This document shows, piece by piece, positions 24,901-37,643 of a stretch of 60,000 nt of DNA. The notes beneath the pieces are model-generated. The model was not told where the DNA came from and made no database searches. It worked only from the letters and a program-made list of their open reading frames with translations. Each line of letters begins with the position of its first letter. Positions within the stretch are counted from its first letter, which is position 1. Both the position numbers and the translations under genes were made by a program. The stretch covers positions 103,232,001-103,292,000 of the forward strand of contig NC_058368.1 of NCBI RefSeq assembly GCF_018350175.1. The letters run 5' to 3'. This DNA is from Felis catus. Taxonomy: Eukaryota.

Positions 24901-25637
24901 GACAGATAGATGTAGATGTAGATGACATATATATGGGCTATATAGGCCCAGATACAAAAAAACATGTTATTAAAAATGTAATATCTTTTGAAGAAATTGC
25001 ATTATCAGCTGTACCCCAAGAAGAGGGTAGGTTTCATATGCAATTATTCCCAAGTTCATAGGCTACCATTTGGAACACTGAGTAATCCAGAAGATTTTAC
25101 AACTTACTGAAGTTGTATATAGGAGACAGGTTCCATTTTCTAAGACAGAGCTGCCCAAATGCATTTCACCACAGAATTACTTTCAACACATAATGCATTG
25201 CTAGAATGCTAAAGGAGTTGAGATATGATCTCCCTTTGGATTAAAACTGAGAGCAAAATAATGATCTGAGAGATAAATTTATTTCCGTGAGAAATGGCCC
25301 AAAGTATTTTTATTTTGATAACATCAAATAATATTACCAATATATGCTGACATAAGAGAGTTTACATAATAGAGGTCAGATCTAACCAACAAGATTAGAA
25401 AGTAAATGTTTCCTAAGTCATTAATATGTGATTGACTATCATCTGTCACGGGCTTTCTTGTCCAATTTCCTGGCATTTGGGGGCTCAATACTAACTGTGT
25501 AAAGGCATATTTTACTACAATATATAAAAATACAGTTAGCATTGTTCTTAAATTTATTCACAAATAGTAACTATTATTTTTTATGAAATGCTATATTATG
25601 GAAAATTCAACCAATACAATTAAAAAATAAATCCTCA

Positions 25638-26083
25638 GGGGCACCCGGGTGGCTCAGTCAGTTAAGCACCCAACTTCAGGGCAGGTCATGATCTCACAGT
25701 TCGTGAGTCCTAGATCTGTGTCGGGCTCTGTGCTGACATCTGAGAGCCTGGGGCCTGTTTCACATTCTGTGTCTCCCCCTCTCTGCCCCTCCTATCCTCA
25801 TGCTCTGTCCCTCTCTCTCAATAATAAAAAAAAGTTAAAAAAATTTTTTTTTCAACGTTTTTTTATTTTTATTTTTGGGACAGAGAGAGACAGAGCATGA
25901 ACTGGGGAGGGGCAGAGAGAGAGGGAGACACAGAATCGGAAACAGGCTCCAGGCTCCGAGCCATCAGCCCAGAGCCCGACGCAGGGCTAGAACTCACGGA
26001 CCGCGAGATCGTGACCTGGCTGAAGTCGGACGCTCAACCGACTGCGCCACCCAGGCGCCCCAAAAAATTTTTTTAAATAAATG
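25638..26083 (+). mobile_element. Can/SINEC SINE (host); its tail is split by a nested antisense SINE
   Basis: GGGGCACCCGGGTGGCTCAG head; TSD AAATAAATCCTCA at 25625-25637 and 26084-26096. Confidence 0.94.
25851..26061 (-). mobile_element. Young felid SINEC_Fc-type SINE, nested
   Basis: Nearly identical to 7067-7296; TSD AAAAAATTTTTTT at 25838-25850 and 26062-26074. Confidence 0.97.
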
Positions 26084-26297
26084 AAATAAATCCTCAAACT
26101 ATGCCATCCAGTAGTAACTATTAGCCCTGAATAAACTTTATTTAGTTATCTCTATGCATTTAAACATGAAATGCTAGGAAGGTAGGGATAGGAAGACAAA
26201 AAGGGTTATATAAAAATGATACCACGCCAAAAATAATGTTACCATGCTTTATTTGGTAATTCTTATTAAGATGTAATTTATGTTAAAAAAAATTTGT

Positions 26298-26667
26298 TTT
26301 TTTTAAATTTATTTATTGTTTAATTTACATCCAACTTAGTTAGCATATGGTGCAATAATGATTTCAGGAGTAGATTCCTTAATGGCTCTTACCCATTTAG
26401 CCCATCCCCACTCCCACAACCCATCCAGCAACACTCTGTTCTCTCTATGAGTCTTTTATGTTTTGTCCCTCTCCCTGTTTTTATATTATTTTTGCTTCTC
26501 TTCCCTTCCCTTATGCTCATCTGTTTTGTATCTTAAAGTTCTCTTATGAGTGAAGTCATATGATATTTGTCATTCTCTGACTAATTTCACTTAGCATAAT
26601 ACCCTCTAGTTTCATCCGCGTAGTTGCAAATGGCAAGATTTCATTCTTTTTGATTGCGGAGTAATAC
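26298..26667 (-). mobile_element. Short 3' fragment of a felid/carnivore L1
   Basis: T-tail, then TTAGTTAGCATATGGTGCAATAATGATTTCAGGAGTAGATTCC...ATTTCACTTAGCATAATACCCTCTAG. Confidence 0.9.
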
Positions 26668-26674
26668 CTCTTAA

Positions 26675-26872
26675 TTTTTGTCAAGCTTATTTATTTATTT
26701 TGAGGGAGTGAGAGCATGACTGGGGGAGGGACAGAGAGTGAGGGACAGAGGATCTGAAGGACGCTCTGTGCTGACAGCAGCGAGTCTGATGTGGGGCTTG
26801 AACTCACGAACTGTGAAATCATGACCTGAGCCGAAGTCAGACGCTTAACTAACTGAGCCACCCAGGCACCCC
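26675..26872 (-). mobile_element. Can/SINEC SINE
   Basis: ...ATCATGACCTGAGCCGAAGTCAGACGCTTAACTAACTGAGCCACCCAGGCACCCC. Confidence 0.94.
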
Positions 26873-27224
26873 AAGCCCTTAATTCTTTTTTGGTTTATCT
26901 ATAAGTTTAACTTTACACCCATGCCATATCATCTTGTTTACTGTTGCTTTATAGTAAGTCTTTTTTTTTTAAATCAAAATATATATTTTTTTCAGGGATT
27001 GAATTTAGTGATTTGTCACTTACATATAATATCCAGGGCTCATCCCAACAAGTGTCCTTCTTAATATCCCTTATCCCATTAGCTTTTCCTCCTCACCCAA
27101 CACCCCACCAGCAACACTCAGTTTGTTTTCTGTATTTAAGAGTCTCTTGTGGTTTGTCTCCCTCTCCGTTTTTATATTCTTTTTGCTTTCCTTTCTTATG
27201 TTCATCTATTTAATCTTAAGTTCC

Positions 27225-30200
27225 ACATATGAGTAACATCATATATTTGTCTTATTCTAACTTATTTCACGTAGCATAATACACGTTGTTGTAGATGGCA
27301 AGATTTCATTCTTTTTGATCCCTGAGTAATATTCCAATGAATATATATACCATCTCTTCTTAATCCACTCATCAGTTGATGGACATTTGGGCTCTTTCCA
27401 TACTTTGGCTATTGTCAATAGTGCTGCTATAAACATTGGGGTGCATGTGTCCCTTTGAAAAAGCATTTTTTGTATCCTTGGGATAAATACTTACTAGTGC
27501 AATTGCTGAGTCATAGGGTAGTTCTATTTTTAATTTTTTGAGGAACATCCATACTGTTTTCCATAGTGGCTGCACAAGTTTCTATTCCCACTAGCAGTGC
27601 AAAAGTGTTCCCCTTTCTCTGCATCCTCACCAACTGTTGTTGCCTGAGGTGTTAATATTAGCCATTCTGACAGGTGTGAGGTGGTATTTCATTGTGGTTT
27701 TCATTGGTATTTCCCTGAAGATGAGTGATGTTGAGCATCTTTTCATGGGTCTGTTAGCCATCTTGATGTCTTCTTTGGAAAAGTGTTTATTCATGTCTAT
27801 TTCCCATTTCTTCACTGTATTATTTGTTTTTTGGGTGTTGAGTTTGATGAGTTAGATTTTGGATACTAACCCTTTATCTGATATGTCATTTGCAAATATC
27901 TTGTTTCATTCCGTTGGTTGCCTTTTAGTTTTGATGATTGTTTCCTTCGCTGTGCAAAAGCTTTTTTCTTGATGAGATCCCAAGAGTTCATTTTTGCTTT
28001 TGTTTCCCTTGCCTCTGTAGACATGTCAAGTGAGAAGTTGCTGCGGCTGAGGTCAAAGTGGTTGATGCTCGTTTTCTCCTCTAGGATTTTGATGGCTTCC
28101 TGCCTTACGTTTAGATCTTTCATCCACTTTGGCTTTATTTTTGTGTATGGTGTAAGAAAGTGGTCCAGGTTCATTCTTCTGCATGTCGCTGTCCAGCTTT
28201 CCCAACCTCACATGCTGAAGGGACTGTCTTTTTCCATTGGATATTCTTTCCCGCTTTGTCAAAGATTAGTTCGCCATACGTTTGTGGGTCCATTTTGGGG
28301 TTCTCTATTCTGTTCCATTGATCTATGTCTCTATTTTTGTGCCAGTACCATACTGTCTTGATGATTACAGTTTTGTAAAACAGCTCTAAGTCTGGAATTG
28401 TGATGCCTCCAGCTGTGGTTTTGTTTTTCAGGATTGCTTTGGCTACTTGGGGTCTTTCCCAGTGTCGTACAGATTTTAGGATTGTTTGTTCTAGCTCTGT
28501 GAAGCATTCTGGTTATTTTGATAAGGATTGTATTGAATATGTAGACTGCTTTGGGAAGTACTGACATTTTAACAGTATTTGTTTTTCCAATCCAGTAGCA
28601 TGGAATGTTTTACCATTTTTTTGTGTGTGTCTTCTTCAATTTCTTTCATAAGCTTTCTATAGTTTTCAGTGTATAGACTTTTCACCTCTTCAGTTAGATT
28701 TATTCCTAGATATTTTATGGGTTTTGGTGTAATTATGAATGGGATGGATTCCTTAATCTTTCTGCTGCTTCATTATTGGTGTACAGATGCAACTGATTTT
28801 TGTACATTGGTTTTATATCTTACTGATTTGCTGAATTCATGTATGAGTTCTAGCAATATTTTGGTGGAGTCTTTTGGGTTTTCGACATATAGTATCATGT
28901 CACCTGTGAAGAGTGAAAGTGTGACTTCCTCCTTGCCAATTTGGATGTCTTTTATTTGTGTTGTCTGACGGCTGAGGCTAGGACTTCCAACACTGGTGAA
29001 AGAGAATAACAGTGGTGAGAGTGGACATCCTTGTCATGTTCCTGACCTTAGGGGGAAAGCCCTCGGTTTTTCCCCATTGAGGATGATATTAGCAGTGGGT
29101 CTTTTGTATATATATGGCCTTTAATCTTGAGGTATGATCCTTCTATCCCTACCTTTTTGAGGGTTTTTATCAAGAAAGGATGCTGTATTTTGTCAAATGC
29201 TTTTTCTGCATGTATTAAGAGGATCAAATGGTTCTTATCCTTTCTTTCCTTAATGTGATTTATAACATAGATTGATTTGCAGATATTGAACCAGCCCTGC
29301 ACTCCAGGAATAAATCCCATTTGATTGTAGTGGATAATTTTTTAAATGTATTGTTGCATCTGGTTGGCTAGTACCTTGTTGAGAATTTTTGCATCTGTGT
29401 TGCATTGGTGTATAGTTCTCCTTTTTAGTGGGGTCTTTCTCTGGTTTTGGAATCAAGGTAATTCTGGACTCACAGAATGAGTTTGTAAGTTTTCCTTCCA
29501 TTTCTATTCTTTTTGGAACAGCTTCAAAAGAATAGGTGTTAACTCTTCTTTAAATGTTTGGTAGACATTTTCCCCTGGAAAGCCATTTGGCCCTGGACTC
29601 TTGTTTGTTGGGAGACTTTTGGTTACTGATTCAGTTTATTTACTGCCTATGGGTCTGTTTGAATTTTCTATTTCTTCCTGTTCCAGTTTTGGTAGTTTAT
29701 ACTTTTCTAGGAATTTTTCCATTTCTTAAAGATTGCCCAATTTGTTGGCATATAATTGCCCATAATATTCTCTTATTATTGTTTGTATTTGTGTAGTGTT
29801 GGCTGTGATCTCTTATCTTTCATTCATGATTTCATTTGTTTGGGCCCTTTCCTTTTTCTTTTTGATCAATCTGGCTAGGAATTTATCAGTTTTCTTAATT
29901 CTTTCAAAGAATCGGCTCCTGGTTTCACTGATCTGTTCTACTGTTTTGTTTGGTTTTGGTTTTGGTTTTGGTTCTGTTTTTTCATTGATTTCTGCTCTAA
30001 GTTTTATTATTTCCCTTCTTCTCCTGGCTTAGGGCTTCAGTTTGCCATTCTTTTCCCAGCTTTTTTAGGTGTAAGGTTAGGTTTTGTATTTGAGACTTCT
30101 TCCTTCTTTAGGAAGGATTGGATTGCTATATACTTCCCTCTTATGACTGCCTTTGGCGTGTCTCAGAAGTTTTGGGTTGTTGTGTTTTCATTTTCATTGG

Positions 30201-31269
30201 CTTCCACGTACTTTTTAATTTCCTCCTAAATTCTTAATTAACCCATTCATTCTTTAGTAGGATATTCTTTTATCTCCAGGTATTCATGGTCTTTCCAAAT
30301 TTTTTCTTGTGGTTGATTTCGAGCTTTAGAGAGTTATGGTTTGAAAATATGAAAGGTATGATCTCCATCATTTTGTACTTGTTGGGGACTGATTTGTGAC
30401 CCAGTATGTAATCTATTCTGGAGAATGTTCCATGTGCACTCGAGAAGAATGTGTATTCTGCTGCTTTAGGATGAAATGTTCTGAATATACCTGTTAAGTC
30501 CATCTGGTCCAGTGTGTTTCACTGGACCTATTGTTTGTTTGTTCAGAGCTATTGTTTGTTTGTTGATTTTCTGCTTAGATGATCTGTCCATTGTTGTAAG
30601 TGGGGTGTTGAAGTCCCCTACTATTATGGTATTATTATCAATGAGTTTCTTTATGTTTGTGATTAATTGATTTATATATTTGGGTTCTATCATGTGGGGG
30701 GCATAAATATTTACAATGGTTAGATCTTCTTGGTGAATAGATTCCTTAATTATAAGACCCTTCTTCATCTCTTGTTAAAGTCTTTATTTTAAAATCTAGT
30801 TTGTCTGATATAAGTATGGTTACACCAGCTTTATTTTGACAAACATTAGCATAATAGATGGTTCTCCATCCCCTTACTTTCAATCTATAAGTGTCTGTAG
30901 GTCTAAAATGAGTCTATTGTGAGCAGTATATAGATGGGCCTTGTTTTCTAAAACAAACTTTTTTTTTAACGTTTATTTTTGAGAGAGAGACAGATAGAGC
31001 ACGAGTGGGGGAGGGGCAAAGAGAGAGAGGGAGACACAGAATCTGAAGTAGGCTCCAGGCTCTGAGCTGTCAGTACAGAGCCCAATGTGGTGCTTGAACT
31101 CCCAAGCTGCAAGATCATGACCTGAGCTGAAGTCCAAGGCTTAACTGACTGAGCCACCCAGGTGCCCTGAGGGGCCTTATTTTTGTATCCATTCTGATAC
31201 TCTTTTGACTGGAGCATTTAGTCCACTGACATTTAGATTGAGTACTACAAGATATGAATTTAGCGCCAT
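27225..31269 (-). pseudogene. L1 ORF2p remnant, disrupted and interrupted by a SINE
   Basis: ATG at 31269 (MALNSYLVVLNLNVSGLNAP); catalytic FADD reads FTGD at 28899-28910; multiple stops and frameshifts. Confidence 0.9.
30959..31167 (-). mobile_element. Can/SINEC SINE inserted in the L1 endonuclease region
   Basis: TSD GGGCCTT(G/A)TTTT at 30936-30947 and 31172-31183. Confidence 0.95.
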
Positions 31270-31389
31270 TGTGTTGCCTGTTGAGTTGTTGTTTCTGATG
31301 ATGTTCTCTAGCCCTTTCTAGTCTTTGTTGCTTTTGGTCTTTTTGTTTTCTTTTCTCTTTTCTCCATTAAAAGGGTCCCCCATAAAATT

Positions 31390-31848
31390 CCTTGAACTCC
31401 TTTAATTTTCATCTGGGAAACTCTTTATCTCTCCTTCTATTTTGAATGACAGCCTTGCTGGATAAAGAATTCTGAGCTGCATACTTTTCTGATTTAGCAT
31501 GTTGAATATATCCTGCCACTTCTGTGGATAGGTCTGTTGTGAAACTGATCTGTCTTCTCTTACAGGTTAAGGACTTTTTTTCCTTTGCTGCTTTCATAAT
31601 TCCTTCCTTGGCTGTGTATTTTGTGAATTTGGCTATGATTTGCCTTGGTGATGGTTGGTTTTTGTTGAATCTAAAGGCAGTTTTCTGTGCTTCTTGGATT
31701 TTGATGTCAGAATCCTTCCACAAATTAGGAAAGTTTTCTGCTATAATTTGTTCACATAAAACTTCTGACCCTTTTTCTCTCTCTTCATCTTCTTCTGGGA
31801 CTCCTATGATTTGGATATTAAACCTCTTTAGTAAGTCACTCAGTCCAT
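31390..31848 (-). pseudogene. L1 ORF1p C-terminal remnant
   Basis: ORF 31409-31858: LSDLLKRFNIQIIGVPEE...QEAQKT...PRQIIAKF. Confidence 0.85.
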
Positions 31849-32900
31849 CTCCACTCATTTAGGTCTTCTCTAATTTCTTTCAGCATTATTTTGTAGCTGT
31901 CCATTACAGGTATTACATATATTTTGTTAAATTTGTCCCTTGGTATTTCATAGTTTTGATGCTACTATAAACTTTATTGTTCTATAATTTTATTTTCCTT
32001 TACTACTGATATTAGTTTTCTATTGCTGATGTAACATATTACCATAACCCTGGTGACATGAGACAACATTTATTGTATCTTAAATCCATAGGTGGGAAGT
32101 CCAACACATGTCTCACAAGGTATAAGTTAGACTGCCTTCCTTTTTGGAAATTCTAGGGAAGAGTACATCTTATTGCCTTTTTTGGTTTTTGGAGGTTGCT
32201 TGCATTCTTTTCTTGTCTCTCCTCTTCATCATCAAAGACAGTAAGGTTGCATCTCTTTGACTTTTCTTTGATCCTCACATCTCTCTGACCATAATGAGAA
32301 AAGACTCTCTGCTTTTAAGGATTTAGATCTTAATCCGAGTTAGAGAGGGATTAGAGTGGGCTCACCCAGATAATCCAGGATAAACTTCCATCACTTCTGC
32401 AACCGTTGCTTTTGTCATATACATATTCTCAAGTTCCAAGGATTAGGGTGTAGACATCATGGAGGGGGTATTATTCTGCCTACCACAGGTATAAGATGGA
32501 GATGTAATTGATTTTTGAATTTTGAACTTGCACCCTAAGATGTTGCTAAACCCATCTCTTACTTCCATAGCTTTTTTTCTTTTATGGATTCCTTAGGATT
32601 TTCTACATAGACAATCACACCATCCTCAAATAAACAATTTTCCTTCTTACTTTCAAATATGTATAGCTTCTCTCTCGTTTTCTGGTCTTGTAGTACTGGC
32701 TAGGATTTCTAGTAATATGGTGAGTAGAAATGGTAAGAATAGACATCTGAGACTCATTTCCATTATTCAGAATAAAGTGTTAAGCCCTTCAACATCAAGT
32801 ATGATGGTAGCTCTAGGTCTATAGATTCCCTTAATCAGTTTAGAAAATCCTCTTCTATTTATAGTTTGTTGGTATTTATGCCCTGAATAGATGTTGACTT
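31849..32900 (-). mobile_element. Old L1M ORF2 fragment interrupted by an MLT1 LTR
   Basis: TTTAGGTCTTCTCTAATTTCTTTCAGCA, GATTCCTTAGGATTTTCTACATAGACAATCA, GGCTAGGATTTCTAGTAATATG. Confidence 0.75.
32008..32487 (-). mobile_element. MaLR solo LTR (MLT1B/C-like)
   Basis: TATTAGTTTTCTATTGCTGATGTAACATATTACCA ... CCCAGATAATCCAGGATAA ... ATTATTCTGCCTACCACA. Confidence 0.85.
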
Positions 32901-34077
32901 TCATGTACACTTCCTTTTTTACAAAATAAGGATATTTAAATTCACCTTAGAACAGAGATTATGGTAAGATGATATATGTAAAAGAGTCTAACTTCTTTGT
33001 TAGGCAAATAAGGCATAGATGTGTATATTGTTCATGCCATATGATGTAAAGTAAAATCGTATCTGTTATAAAAAATGTAGACAGAGAGACAGCAAAACAC
33101 ACATATTTTCCTAGTTCTTATGCTAAATAAAGGATTGTTGCAGTGGGAAAAATATACTGGCCTTAACATGTGAAAGGCTCTAAGAGAGACACTCAACCTC
33201 TATTTATCATCTGCTTACAGAATAATAGAAGGGAAGTACAGTGTAGGGTATACCTAAATCACTGTGCAACAGTGGAGTATCCTGGGTAAGAAAATATCAT
33301 TGTTCACAGGGAACATGCCCATACTTCAATGTTTGTTATCGTTTTCTTTTGATCTAACCCAGTAACTATGCCAGCCCCTTGCTAAGCTATTGAAAAAGGT
33401 GTAAAAAGTAAATATCTCCTCCCAGGACACCCCAATCTGTCTCTGACATTTATAGTATGCGCTCCATATTAATCCCTTTTTTTCCCCTCTTCACCTACTC
33501 CCAGAAGGTCAGAATCTCAAAGTCTACCAATCTCTCTTCACTTTTCCTGTACAATTGCAGGAACACATAGCCAAGAAGCAGTGAATGTATGTATAATCAC
33601 CTTGCTCATATTATTAGTGTAATGTCTACAAAAAGCTGAGTAAACAGAGCCAACCTAAAAACCAAAGTTATTTGATTGGCACATTTTGTACAGTAACAAA
33701 TGAATACGGCAATTCACAGCAATTAATGAAAACGACCTGGTTGCTATCCTTTTCTGGTAATGTTCCACACATGGAGCTCATTATTTCATTTTCCCAGTAA
33801 AAAGAATGGAGTAATGAAGGCCAAGATTTCATGGAGTTATTAACTTGAGTTTAAGTTAATTAGGCATTTGCTGTTTATCATTTGACAGATTTCCTTTATC
33901 CTTACTCCCTTAATTTGACCTCTTATAATTTCTTTTCGCATGAAGCACTTCTTTCAAATGAAAACATCTCAGGCAGAGAAGAGATAAGTAGGGTGGGAAA
34001 TGGAACATTATTTCAGAGTCTCTAGATGCCAACAGTCTAAGTTTGCAGCCACTGTGACAGTGAAAGTTCATACAGGC

Positions 34078-34596
34078 TATGATGGTTAACTTTATGTGTC
34101 AACTTGACTGGCCTAAGGGCTACACAGACAAGTGGTAAAACATTATTTCGGAGTGTGTCTATAAGGGTGATCCCAGAAGAAATTAGCAATTGAATCAGGG
34201 ACTGTGTGAAGAAGATTTTCCTCACCAATTTAGATGGGCATCATCCAATCCATTATGGGCCCCAAGAGAACAAAAAGGTTGAGGAAGGGAGAATTTGTTC
34301 TCTGCATGAGCTGCAACATAGGTCTTCTGCCCTCGGACATTGATGCTTCTGGTTCTCAGCCTTCAGACTATGAGCAGCACTTATACCATTGGTCCTCCCA
34401 ATTCTCAGGCTTTTGGACTCAGATAGGAAGTTACATCATTATTTCCCTGGTTCTCAGGCCTTCAAACTAGCACTGAAATAAATGACCAGCTTCCTGGTTT
34501 ATCAGCTTTCCTGCTTCTCCAGCTCGTAGAGGACAGACTGTGGGACTTTCTGGCCTTCCTAATTGTATGAGCCAATTCTTCATAAATATCCATATA

Positions 34597-34652
<56 letters not shown>

Positions 34653-34662
34653 TATAATATAC

Positions 34663-34707
<45 letters not shown>

Positions 34708-34821
34708 TACACACACATATACACACACATTGCACATTCACACACAGAAAAAGAGAGCGAGAGCAAGAGCGAGAGAGAGAGCCTACTGGTTGTGTTTCTC
34801 TGGACAATCCTAATGAATACA
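34078..34821 (+). mobile_element. ERVL MLT2-type solo LTR
   Basis: TATGATGGTTAACTTTATGTGTCAACTTGACTGG ... TGTTTCTCTGGACAATCCTAATGAATACA; near-TSD CAGGC/CAAGC. Confidence 0.9.
34592..34780. repeat. Complex (TA)n/(CA)n/(GA)n microsatellite inside the MLT2 LTR
   Basis: Alternating TA and CA runs; source of several spurious YIYI ORFs. Confidence 0.95.
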
Positions 34822-35012
34822 CAAGCAAAATGAACATTACTGTTTAGGAGATACCAATAAAACAAGAGAATCATCCCAAATTATAATTCTCTAGCTGTGT
34901 ATCTCCTGAAAGCTTCTGGTGGGTGAAAAAATTGTTTGTAAACAGATTGAATTTAAACACTTTCTTTATGAATTCTGTTTGATCAAGGATTAGGGAAACA
35001 TTGCAAAGTTCT

Positions 35013-35095
35013 TTCCTTCCTTCCTTCCTTCCTTCCTTCCTTCCTTCCTTCCTTCCTTCCTTCCTTCTTCCCTTTCCTTTCTTTCTTCCTTCCTT
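35013..35095. repeat. (TTCC)n microsatellite
   Basis: Long TTCC run with a degenerate 3' end. Confidence 0.95.
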
Positions 35096-35504
35096 CAGCA
35101 GTTTATTATTTTGATATTAAGAAGGGTTTATATCGTTCTAGTGGCTGTCTTTATGCTAATGCCCTAGTATAATACCTCAGTACCCTCTATTAATTCTAGC
35201 TAAAGCTGACAAATAGAGCATTAATAATTACCAAAGCATCAGTCGCAGAATTTTTAAAATTGTGATAACTGTTAAGTAGTCAAAAGTTTTTCTGAACAGA
35301 AGCCAACTTTGGAAATGTTTTTTTTTTTTTTTTTTTTACCATTTTCGAAGGTAATCACTGAGGAGTCATAATTACTATCTCTTGCTTTCATGATGGATTT
35401 TATGAGATGTTTATACATTGCAACAAACTATGTTAAAAATTATACCATCCTCCCTTTTTTACATGTAACTGACTAAATATATTTTTTAGAAAAAGAATAA
35501 CCTA

Positions 35505-35704
35505 GGCACGCCCGGGTGGCTTACTCGGTTAAGTGTCTGCCTTCAGCTCAGGTCATCAATTCACAGTTTGTGAGTTCAAGCCCCACATCAGGCTTTTGGC
35601 TCTCAGCGTAGACCCTGCTTTGGATTCTCTGCCCCCCTCACTCTCTGCCCCTGCCCTGCTCGCAAGCTCTTTCTCCCTCAAAAATAATAAACCTAAAAAC
35701 AAAA
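35505..35704 (+). mobile_element. Can/SINEC SINE
   Basis: GGCACGCCCGGGTGGCTTACTCGGTTAAG head; imperfect TSD AGAAAAAGAATAACCTA / AGAAAGAGAACAACCTA. Confidence 0.93.
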
Positions 35705-36744
35705 AGAAAGAGAACAACCTAATTTCAGGTATCCCTTCACACATCAAAAGAAATATTCCTACCTGCCCACATGCTTTTGTATGTGTGGCTCATGTGACAG
35801 TATTCACTGTGGTAGAGTCACTCCCTCAAACAGTATGTCATATTTGTTTCATACAGGAGTGTAAAATAATTTTCTATATTCACTTTCTATTGACTGTCTT
35901 GAGCCATCACTGTAAAACAGCATTTTGTGATCTTAATGAATTAAATCATAATTGAGAGCACAACAATTCTAATTTCACAATCCTTTTACGGTGAATCTAA
36001 TTAATAGCATTTAAAGGTCCTTAGGCTTGTATTATGCTTTTATTATCGCAATACTCCCAGAGAGCAATAGTAAGCCCCAAAGCTTTCGAAATACGACAGA
36101 GGTTTCCACCGACCTCCAAGTGCCTTAACACTTGTAATTTCATATGCAAGGTAATTGCTCTAATGCTCTTTGCTGGTACCTTTGCTATCGTTTACATACT
36201 GTGGCCTCTTCTAGATACGTTTGTCCTACGACACCCACGAAATCAGACAGCCACAGTGCCATGTAAGAAAGAAGTAAGTCTGAAGGTCAAGTGCATGCCA
36301 ACGTGAGACTGGTCATAGAGGGTGGAATTTCATGTGCCAGGCACTGAGATCTTAGGCTAAAGAACTATTTGGAGATGATGGCAAAGACAATGAGGAGAAA
36401 GGTCTTGCCCAACAAGGGCAGAAAATTCTGAATGTTACGTTTCTTTTCTGCTCTGCCACAGCACTGAACCTCCTCAGAGTGCCCCTGGCAGTGTAGCGAC
36501 AATTGTGCCTGTTCATTGCAGTCCTGACCAGTCGTCAGAAGGGATTCAGGAGTAACTGGATGTGAAACTAAAAGTAACTAACCGAGGAAGATAACCAGGA
36601 AAATCCTCAATGACAGTCTCTCATACTGTGGTTTAAAGTAGCATTTTCCAAAATGGATATCACAGAATTTATTCCTCAGCGAAGTGTCAGGAAGGGAGCT
36701 GTTTCTGACCAAATGGTCAAACCTATGTGAGAACCATAACACAT

Positions 36745-37643
36745 TGTGAAATAATAAGAAATGTATATACTGGTCTCTGTTCCTGCTTCCTGACACAGAG
36801 ATCCCCAAACCCTTGGAAATAGGGACACTGGGAAAATCTTTTGATTTAATATTTAGCCTTTGATCTTGGTTACTGGCGCAGAAAATCCTAAGACTTTTAT
36901 AATTTCCTGAATAATGAGAGCATCTGACACTGAGCTCCTAAGTCCCTTGGAATTTCCTGAGGTGACTCTTCGATGAGGGCTGGTCACCAGCAAGACCAAA
37001 GCAGGATAAAAATCTTGGCACTTTCAGACCCACCCCTATTCTTCAGAAGGGGGCTGGAAATGGAGATAATAATTCATCTTGCCTATATGTCGGGGCTTCC
37101 ATAAAATCGCAATAGTAAGAAGTTAGGGGAGCTTCCAGGTTAGTGAACACACTCATGGGCCAGGAGGGTGGTGTACTCCAGCCTCACGGGAACAGAAGCT
37201 CCTGCACTCAGAGCCCTTCTAGACTTCAACCTATGTATCCCTTCACCTAGCTGTTCATCTATACTCTTGATTCTATTCTTTATTATGTAATAAAACGGTA
37301 AATGTAAGGAAGTGTTTCTCTAGTTGAATAATCTGTTCTGGCAAATATTCGAATCCAACAAGGGGGGGGGGGTCATAGGAACCTCCAATTTGCAGCCAAG
37401 TTGGACACAAGTTGTCTGGATCTGTTACTTGTGATTGGCACCTAAAGTGGGGAGCATAATTCTGTGACTGAACCCTTAAGCCGTAGGGTTTGTGATAACT
37501 CTGGTTAGTTTCAGAATTAAATATCATTGCAGGACACCCAACTGACACTGTGGAGAATTGCTTGGTGTAGGGGGATACCTCATACACCTGGTGTTAAAAC
37601 TATGTGTATGTGAGTAAATGAGAAAAAGGGAGTTTTTCCTAGA
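36745..37643 (+). mobile_element. ERV solo LTR, MER21-like
   Basis: TGTGAAATAATAAG start; GGGCTGGTCACCAGCAAGACCAAAGC, GAGCTTCCAGGTTAGTGAACAC, AATAAAACGGTAAATGTAAG; 5-bp TSD CACAT at 36740-36744 and 37644-37648. Confidence 0.8.

Larger units (their letters stand above)
26961..31848 (-). mobile_element. 5'-truncated felid/carnivore LINE-1 (3'UTR, ORF2, 3' part of ORF1)
   Basis: Many minus-strand ORF fragments are L1 ORF2 ([53 protein letters not shown]) or ORF1 (NIQIIGVPE...QIIAENFPNL). Confidence 0.95.
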
